From Minisyncoccota bacterium (GTDB lineage Bacteria; Patescibacteriota; Minisyncoccia; Phycocordibacterales; UBA9973): DNA of 52,013 nucleotides. The position numbers and the translations under genes are program-made. The stretch spans positions 1-52,013 of the forward strand of contig JBAYHJ010000006.1 in NCBI GenBank assembly GCA_041666225.1, given 5' to 3'. Under the pieces are notes generated by a model. It saw only the letters and a list, made by a program, of their open reading frames with translations. It was not told where the DNA came from and did no database searches. This document shows positions 45,988-52,013 of this stretch, piece by piece. The number at the start of each line of letters is the position of its first letter. The stretch's first letter is position 1.

Positions 45988-47139
45988 ATGAGTAATAATC
46001 TTTACGAAGAATCAATCGAATTGCACAAGAAAAATGGTGGAAAATTAGAGACAAAAAGTAAAGTCCCTCTTTTAAATAAAGAAGACTTATCACTAGCCTA
46101 TACTCCTGGAGTAGCTGGAGTTTGTCTTGCTATCGCCAAAGATAAAGACCTCGCAAGCATCTACACAATGAAGAAAAATACTGTGGCGATTATTTCTGAT
46201 GGTTCGGCGATTTTAGGTTTAGGTGATTTAGGGCCTCTGGCTGCAATCCCTGTCATGGAAGGAAAGGCTGCTATTTTTAAAGAATTTGGTGGAGTAGATG
46301 CCTTCCCTATTTGCTTAGATACAAAAGATACTGAGGAAATAATAAAAGCTGTTAAACAAATTGCTCCTGTTTTTGGAGGAATAAATTTAGAAGATATTTC
46401 TGCTCCACGTTGTTTCGAAATTGAAGAACGATTAAGAAAAGAATTAAGTATCCCTGTCATGCACGATGATCAATGGGGTGCTGCAACCGTTACACTCGCC
46501 GCCTTAATCAATGCTCTTAAAATAATTGGAATTGATAAAAAAGATGCGCGGGTCGTACTCTCAGGTGTTGGATCAGCAGGCGTTGCTACAGGCAGACTCC
46601 TACATGAGTACGGTATTACAAATACAATTTTCTGCGACAGTAAAGGAATTATAAACTCAAAAAGAGAAGATTTAACTAAAGAGAAAATTGAATTATTAAA
46701 AGGAAGTACTGTTATAGAAAAAGAAGGCTCTCTTGAAATCGCTATTAGTGGCGCGGATGTTTTTATTGGATTATCAAAACCAAATGTTCTAACACCAAAT
46801 ATGATTAAAAGTATGAGTTCAAAACCAATTATTTTTGCTCTTGCCAATCCGAGCCCTGAAATAATGCCAGATGTTGCACGTAGTGCAGGGGCATATGTTG
46901 TTGCTACTGGTCGCTCTGATTTTCCAAATCAAATAAATAATTCACTTGTTTTCCCTGGGGCATTTAAAGCTATGCTTGATAAAAAAATTCCTCAATTTGA
47001 AAATAAAATTTTTATAACTGTAGCTATCGCACTAGCCAGTATGATAGAGAACCCAACTCCCGAGCGAGTTATCCCGAGTATGTTCGATAGTGGAGTTATG
47101 AAGACAGTTTATAACGCGGTCTCTTCTTTTTCTTTATAA
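45988..47139 (+). CDS. maeB: NAD(P)-dependent malic enzyme (short form, no PTA domain)
   Basis: 383 aa with LSLAYTPGVA, ISDGSAILGLGDLG, NLEDISAPRCFEIE and GVGSAGVA (Rossmann), typical of the malic enzyme family. Confidence 0.9.
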   Translation: MSNNLYEESIELHKKNGGKLETKSKVPLLNKEDLSLAYTPGVAGVCLAIAKDKDLASIYTMKKNTVAIISDGSAILGLGDLGPLAAIPVMEGKAAIFKEFGGVDAFPICLDTKDTEEIIKAVKQIAPVFGGINLEDISAPRCFEIEERLRKELSIPVMHDDQWGAATVTLAALINALKIIGIDKKDARVVLSGVGSAGVATGRLLHEYGITNTIFCDSKGIINSKREDLTKEKIELLKGSTVIEKEGSLEIAISGADVFIGLSKPNVLTPNMIKSMSSKPIIFALANPSPEIMPDVARSAGAYVVATGRSDFPNQINNSLVFPGAFKAMLDKKIPQFENKIFITVAIALASMIENPTPERVIPSMFDSGVMKTVYNAVSSFSL

Positions 47140-47157
47140 ACAGAGTATAATATACCT

Positions 47158-47634
47158 ATGGATGAAATTATAATAAATACAATCAAATGGTCCGCTCCAG
47201 AGTACAATCACAAAGAGCGTGGAAATGATTGGTTTTGGGCTTTGGGTCTTATTACTATTGTTGCTTGTGGTATTGCTATTTGGTTACACAATTATGTCTT
47301 TGCGATTTTTCTTTTAATCTCTGGTGGTTGTTTAATAATGTTTACTCTTCGCCATCCTCAAGATGCAAATTTCATTATTGAAACAAAAGGCCTAACAATG
47401 GGGAAAGATTTTCACACTTGGAAAAGTATAAAAAGTTTCAATGTTAAAAATAACGAAGCTGATCCATATGGAAAATTATTAATAGAAACAAGCAAACACT
47501 TTCTTCCTATATACACCATCCCATTCCCTAAAGAATTAGAATCTCAAATAAAAGAAACTCTTTTAAAAGTACTTCCTCGAACAGAGATAGATGAATCAAA
47601 ATCAATGGTCTTTGCAGAAAAATTAGGATTCTAA
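47158..47634 (+). CDS. Two-TM membrane protein, unknown function
   Basis: 158 aa with two adjacent TM helices followed by a soluble domain. TATAAT lies 6 nt before ATG. Confidence 0.4.
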   Translation: MDEIIINTIKWSAPEYNHKERGNDWFWALGLITIVACGIAIWLHNYVFAIFLLISGGCLIMFTLRHPQDANFIIETKGLTMGKDFHTWKSIKSFNVKNNEADPYGKLLIETSKHFLPIYTIPFPKELESQIKETLLKVLPRTEIDESKSMVFAEKLGF

Positions 47635-47642
47635 AACAAACT

Positions 47643-47673
47643 AAAAAGCCCCGGCCTTCGGCCGGGGCTTTTT
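47643..47673. terminator. Bidirectional intrinsic terminator
   Basis: AAAAAGCCCCGGCC-ttcg-GGCCGGGGCTTTTT between convergent genes. Confidence 0.85.
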
Positions 47674-47682
47674 AGTTTCATC

Positions 47683-48108
47683 TTATAAAAATCGTACAGT
47701 ATCGGATATTATTGTCCCAGCATTTAAATATTCCTGTATCTGTTTCGGTAATATTTTTTTGTCATCATTTTTCCCCATCCAACAAATATCTACTAATTCA
47801 AATTTGTGTGTGCCGCCAAGATTTTCTGTATTAATAAAATCTTTTCCGTTTGTAATTTCAAAAAAGAATTCTATAGATTGTTGAGTTTCTTCTTTAAAAT
47901 TATTTATATACAAAAGTTTACCGAACTGAGGTTCAACCCCCAATTCTTCAACTATTTCTCTCCTCATAGATTCTTTTATATCTTCTCCCCATTCAACATG
48001 TCCACCAGGTAGCACATAAAAATTATCACTTTCTCTGTGTTTAACAACTAGAATTTTATCTTTATAAAAAATAACTGCACGACATCTAATTAAAAATTCT
48101 TTTGACAT
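47683..48108 (-). CDS. NUDIX hydrolase
   Basis: 141 aa with the Nudix box GGHVEWGEDIKESMRREIVEELG. Confidence 0.9.
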   Translation of the reverse strand: MSKEFLIRCRAVIFYKDKILVVKHRESDNFYVLPGGHVEWGEDIKESMRREIVEELGVEPQFGKLLYINNFKEETQQSIEFFFEITNGKDFINTENLGGTHKFELVDICWMGKNDDKKILPKQIQEYLNAGTIISDTVRFL

Positions 48109-48177
48109 ACTATTATTATAACATTATATTACTTGCGATTATACTTTTTATAGTGTAAATTAGACTCGTAAGAGATT

Positions 48178-48249
48178 GGTCCCGTCGTTCAATGGATAGG
48201 ACGCAACTTTGCGGAAGTTGCGATGCAGGTTCGATTCCTGCCGGGATCA
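48178..48249 (+). tRNA. tRNA-Arg (GCG)
   Basis: Acceptor GGTCCCG/CGGGATC, D loop AATGGATA, anticodon stem CAACT/AGTTG with loop TTGCGGA, T arm GCAGG-TTCGATT-CCTGC. Confidence 0.85.
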
Positions 48250-48251
48250 CA

Positions 48252-48410
48252 ATAAAGCGTTTCGGCGCTTTTTGTGTTCCCGAAGACGTGAACTGCTTCA
48301 CGTCTATGCAGGAAGCGAAAAGCTTTTCTGTAATTCTGAAAGAATTTAGAAAAGGTCTACTGTCCTCGTAGAGGAAGATATCCTGCCGGGATCACACGGT
48401 CGTGCTAGCA
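48252..48410 (+). ncRNA. Candidate structured tRNA-trailer element (copy R), homologous to 37088-37250
   Basis: AAAGCG-tttcgg-CGCTTT plus T-run, hairpin AGACGTGAA-ctgc-TTCACGTCT (48284-48305), AGGAAG...TTTTCTGT (48310-48331) and CACGGTCG (48395-48402). It also shares GAATTT(C)AGAAAAGG with the right arm at about 29907-29922. Confidence 0.3.
48381..48396 (+). repeat. 16-nt direct repeat of the tRNA-Arg(GCG) 3' end (first copy 48236-48251)
   Basis: TCCTGCCGGGATCACA occurs at 48236-48251 (tRNA T-arm/acceptor 3' half) and again at 48381-48396, an att-like arrangement. Confidence 0.7.
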
Positions 48411-48458
48411 TGAGGAGTATACTAATACAGCCTCAATTAGGACTAATTTAATATATTG

Positions 48459-49784
48459 TTATTTAAGTCCTAGAAGTCTTTTCTCTAGCTCCTTTTTAAA
48501 TTCAGATGGATAAAAAGTTAATAACTTTCCATCTTCAATTTTTGTAATCTGTTTATTTTTGTATTCTTCTTTTAATGATTTATATATTTTTATTGCTTTT
48601 AATTCATCTATATTGTAAATTTTGGCAAATTCTAACCAGTGCTGATTTAAAAAATATACATCATCTGCCTCGTAAGGAATTTTCACTTGTTCAAGTTCAG
48701 TAATTTTTCTTTTCAACAACTCAACAAAAGAAGGACTAAAATATAGCTCATTGCCCCTTTTTATTATTGTCTTAGAGTTTTGTTGAATCTTATCAAAATG
48801 ATTAATATCTAAACTCAATATTTTTTTAATTTCGTTGTCTTCTTTCAATAAATATTGAACAACATCTACGGGATTGTGTATTTTAATATTAAACAAATTA
48901 TCATCAGTAATTTCTTGCAGGGTAAGCCAATCTTTCGGTATTATTTTTTCTTTTTCCCCGTTCTTTATTCTTTCTTTAATTTCAAGCACAAGTTCTTTAT
49001 ATATGTAAGTTCTCTTTTCTAATTCATTTTCAACAATATAATCTGGCTCTTTTTTTTCATATTCAATAATATATGCGTTCATCCTTTCTAGTGAAATACC
49101 TAGCTCAGCTATTGCTGAGTATTTTGTATACCAATCTCCCTTATTTTTTATGTGTTTTTTTGCTTCTATTATTTCCTTAGTTTCATTAATTATTTTAGGT
49201 GAATAATATTTTAAATATTCACCGACTTTTGTTCCATAAGGGTTACGAAGATCATTTTCTTGGAAAATTTTAAACATTTTATATTCATCAGGCTGTTTTT
49301 CTGCTAAATTATTAAGAATATCCATAAAATGTTTAGGCTTTGAAGTACCCAAATTTAACCATCCCTTAGGTGCTTTTTGTTCAGAATCTAATAATTCTTT
49401 CTCAATTAATGAAAAAATTTTTAAATCAATTTTTTCGAGCAATATATTTTTTTCATGTAATTCATAAAATGATGTGGGGTATAGTTTTTTGTATTTATTT
49501 ACAATAAATTGAATAAGATTTTTATCTCCATTTTGCAAGTCATTAATATCTTTCGCATCGCTAGGTACTTCTATTTTACTTATTGATGCTTCTTTAAGTA
49601 GATTATCGATATTTATATTCTCAAGAGTTTTGTCTTCTTTGTGCTTAGATAAAGCTTTAATATATTCTTCTGTTTCTTTTTCTTCAGCTAAAGTAACTAT
49701 TGCTTTTTCTGGATCTGTTTTTCTAATTTCTTTTAGGTCTTTTGCTAAATTATCTCTATATTCTTTGTGGTTGAAATTTTCCAT
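48459..49784 (-). CDS. Hypothetical protein (lysine/glutamate-rich, helical), last gene of an orphan four-gene cluster
   Basis: 441-aa ORF. No motif recognised. Confidence 0.5.
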   Translation of the reverse strand: MENFNHKEYRDNLAKDLKEIRKTDPEKAIVTLAEEKETEEYIKALSKHKEDKTLENINIDNLLKEASISKIEVPSDAKDINDLQNGDKNLIQFIVNKYKKLYPTSFYELHEKNILLEKIDLKIFSLIEKELLDSEQKAPKGWLNLGTSKPKHFMDILNNLAEKQPDEYKMFKIFQENDLRNPYGTKVGEYLKYYSPKIINETKEIIEAKKHIKNKGDWYTKYSAIAELGISLERMNAYIIEYEKKEPDYIVENELEKRTYIYKELVLEIKERIKNGEKEKIIPKDWLTLQEITDDNLFNIKIHNPVDVVQYLLKEDNEIKKILSLDINHFDKIQQNSKTIIKRGNELYFSPSFVELLKRKITELEQVKIPYEADDVYFLNQHWLEFAKIYNIDELKAIKIYKSLKEEYKNKQITKIEDGKLLTFYPSEFKKELEKRLLGLK

Positions 49785-49793
49785 AAAATATGT

Positions 49794-50978
49794 CTATTTT
49801 GATTCTGTGTTGTGAATCATTTTAATAAAATTAAGCCCTTTTTCTGTTGGTATAATAGCATATTTACAAAAACCCCAACGAAGTTCAGAAATACTAGGGT
49901 TATTCATAACAATTGGAACCCAGGGATGATCATCCATATCCCCAGTATTTGATATTGATAATCTATTTTTTCTTTCCTCTTTTGTAGCCTTAGGGTGTTC
50001 CAAAATATAATCAATAGATTTTTTTATTTCCCTATGAGACTCATTATTATATAAATCTTTTGTTGCATATTTCTTTTTATTTTTTTGTATATCACCTGAG
50101 GATTCAAACAATTTTTTGGTCTTTTGTAAATACTCACTAAACAAACTATCGTTTGGGCTAAATCCAAAAGTAGGAGCTCTAAATAAATTATGCGGGCCAC
50201 CCCATAATCCAAAATCTTGTACAGACAATCCTTGAAAATTTATTTTTGTTAATTCATTATCTAAATTGTTTTTATCTTCCTCTTCTAAAATTTCCTCACC
50301 TGTTTCATTGGAAAACAATTTATATGAACTATCCCCACTTTTACCTGGTGAAATTTTTTGAAGAAAAACCCTGTCTGAAAATAATTTTTGTTTTTGTTCT
50401 TCTGTTATAAAACCTCTACCCATAGCTCCCACAACATGATTATAGGTCTGATCTGGAAATTCCTTTTGAGATAGAGATTCACAAAGACTAATTACAATTG
50501 ACTCTATTATCTCGTTTGAAAATTCCAAATTATTTAAATATTCCGTTGTAAATCTGCTCGATTCTTCTTCTGTCATATTTTTAGTTTTGTCTTTTAAAAA
50601 ACCTCTTACAGATTGAGAAATCGGCGGAAACAAATGCTCTATATCAGTGTATGACTCAATAATAGTGGGTGTGGATAAAGATTTTTTATTTTTTTCATAA
50701 AATTCTAAGTTAACTATTTTTTGATTACTTGTATAATCATGCCCAATTACTAAATTATTTTTCCCATTAAAACTATCTTGGATTAATTGTTGTAGGTTCT
50801 TAAAATCTATTGATTGCCTTTCATAACCAATAATCCCGGTTTCTTTCTGAATATTTTCTGGGTAGGAAAAATTTGATTTTTCTATATTCAAATTATATTT
50901 TTTATCACCAATAACAACCTCAGTATTATTGAGACTTTCTATGCCACTGATTTTATTTTGTTTGTTTTCAAACGTCAT
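49794..50978 (-). CDS. Hypothetical protein
   Basis: The track ORF runs 49794..51074. The start MTFENK at 50978 minimises overlap with the upstream gene. No motif recognised. Confidence 0.45.
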   Translation of the reverse strand: MTFENKQNKISGIESLNNTEVVIGDKKYNLNIEKSNFSYPENIQKETGIIGYERQSIDFKNLQQLIQDSFNGKNNLVIGHDYTSNQKIVNLEFYEKNKKSLSTPTIIESYTDIEHLFPPISQSVRGFLKDKTKNMTEEESSRFTTEYLNNLEFSNEIIESIVISLCESLSQKEFPDQTYNHVVGAMGRGFITEEQKQKLFSDRVFLQKISPGKSGDSSYKLFSNETGEEILEEEDKNNLDNELTKINFQGLSVQDFGLWGGPHNLFRAPTFGFSPNDSLFSEYLQKTKKLFESSGDIQKNKKKYATKDLYNNESHREIKKSIDYILEHPKATKEERKNRLSISNTGDMDDHPWVPIVMNNPSISELRWGFCKYAIIPTEKGLNFIKMIHNTESK

Positions 50979-50988
50979 ATAACTTTTT

Positions 50989-51669
50989 CTAATCTTGAAC
51001 GTGCCAATCCCAATATTTCCCGACATATAAAGCATTTTTCTTAAATCGTTCTTCACCGCTGGGCAATGGATCATTTAATTCAATTTGCTTGATTATTCCA
51101 TCTGAAATTTTATCTACCATTTTTCGTGCCTGATTTATATGCTCTTGAACACCAGGTAATTTTTGAGAAACCATATCACCAGGATATTTTTTAACTCCAT
51201 GTGAATCATGTTTGTAATTCATCATATTGATTGAAGATGTTTCAAAATTATATGGTGTATAAATTTTCCTTCCTATTAAATTTTCCATTTCATTTTTCCT
51301 TTCTTCCCGCGAATCTCTTCCTGCTCCTTCTAGGTTTAAAGCAACAATATCACAATTTATATTACTTTTAGTAAGTGCTTCAGATAATATCTTTAAAGTA
51401 ACTCCTCTAGATATAGTATTAGTCACAACCAAAGAATCTATCTGTCGTTTATTAAAATTAACACTTTCTAAACATTTATTAATATGTTCACTAATTTTAT
51501 TAGAAATATTATTCATAACCGACATCCAACTTGAAAAACCCATACTTGATTCTGGGTTCCATCCTTTCCCAATCAAAATTTCCTCAGGTTGTTTTTCTTC
51601 CTTAGTAGTCTCTAACTCTATTAAAGAATTATCGTCAGTACTTTGTTTTGGCTTAAAGTTCTCAATCAT
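50989..51669 (-). CDS. Hypothetical protein
   Basis: 226-aa ORF. No motif recognised. Confidence 0.45.
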   Translation of the reverse strand: MIENFKPKQSTDDNSLIELETTKEEKQPEEILIGKGWNPESSMGFSSWMSVMNNISNKISEHINKCLESVNFNKRQIDSLVVTNTISRGVTLKILSEALTKSNINCDIVALNLEGAGRDSREERKNEMENLIGRKIYTPYNFETSSINMMNYKHDSHGVKKYPGDMVSQKLPGVQEHINQARKMVDKISDGIIKQIELNDPLPSGEERFKKNALYVGKYWDWHVQD

Positions 51670-51679
51670 ATAATGTAAA

Positions 51680-52013
51680 TTAAATTAAATATTTTTCTAA
51701 AAATTCTTCTCTGCCCATAGAAACAATCTCAGATTTCTTTTTGTTTTTGTCTATAAATATTCTTTTAAATTCATCTTTAAAACTTTTTTCTGCACTAAAT
51801 CCAAGTTTTTTTACTACACCAGGATGTTCTAGTGCAATCCAAGAATCTCCGACTATTTTTTTAATCTTTTCGTTTGAATCAACTATTTTAGCGATACTTC
51901 TAAAACCTTCTTGGAATAGTTTTAATTTATCTTTTAATGATGTTGTTCGATTAGGAAGAATATGAATATTAAGAGCATCAGAATAATAACTGTTGGGGTC
52001 GTTATACCCAATC
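51680..52013 (-). CDS. Hypothetical protein, C-terminal part only (open to window end)
   Basis: My translation of the minus strand is ...IGYNDPNSYYSDALNIHILPNRTTSLKDKLKLFQEGFRSIAKIV...GDSWIALEHPGVVKKLGF...EFLEKYLI*, with the stop at 51682-51680. It is not in the ORF track because it is truncated. Confidence 0.45.
   Translation of the reverse strand, partial: IGYNDPNSYYSDALNIHILPNRTTSLKDKLKLFQEGFRSIAKIVDSNEKIKKIVGDSWIALEHPGVVKKLGFSAEKSFKDEFKRIFIDKNKKKSEIVSMGREEFLEKYLI

Noticed and set aside
1672-47012. Numerous 60-126 aa antisense or shadow ORFs inside long genes (for example 1672..1881, 2606..2791, 10602..10802, 25226..25606, 32000..32605, 42803..43117 and 46161..46847)
   Set aside because: Each lies entirely within a longer ORF with clear family motifs on the opposite strand or in another frame. 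These are typical shadow ORFs of AT-rich DNA and carry no independent signals.
1-52013. CRISPR arrays, rRNA genes, alternative genetic code
   Set aside because: No regularly spaced direct repeats and no rRNA-like GC-rich blocks were seen. All long ORFs are intact under the standard code without needing TGA or TAG reassignment. The single TAG at 29159 is better explained by the A6 frameshift.

Overview
AT-rich bacterial window of about 30% GC by eye. Genes are small, tightly packed and mostly on the minus strand. I found no Shine-Dalgarno motifs upstream of the start codons I inspected. Type IV pilus genes, a B12-dependent class II RNR, GH130 phosphorylases and many orphan ORFs fit a Patescibacteria/CPR-like genome (inference only). 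Recognisable content: a cobalamin-riboswitch-like leader plus B12-related membrane proteins and nrdJ; a mannoside phosphorolysis cluster; mscL; rplS and rluA; six tRNAs (His, Leu, Val, Arg-TCT, Ser, Arg-GCG); pilM/N/O-like genes; a higBA-like toxin-antitoxin pair; ruvX; a csoR-copA copper operon with a palindromic operator; malic enzyme; and a NUDIX hydrolase. Four signals stand out. (1) Directly after tRNA-Val and tRNA-Arg, two GC-rich, hairpin-rich arms form a long imperfect inverted repeat with a 34-nt perfect core. They bracket a 1.1-kb AT-rich gene that has an internal duplicated module and a frame break at an A6 tract. I could not match this to any known element class. (2) Five paralogs of a roughly 530-600 aa cysteine-rich protein have near-invariant zinc-ribbon-like ends and divergent centres. 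Three carry a shared promoter block and upstream palindrome, one is frameshifted, and one sits behind the higBA pair. (3) Homologous structured trailers follow two other tRNAs; one is bounded by a 16-nt copy of the tRNA 3' end, next to four orphan genes. (4) TATAAT-like boxes sit exactly 6 nt before ATG at many genes, suggesting leaderless mRNAs. No CRISPR array, rRNA gene, transposase or reverse transcriptase was seen.
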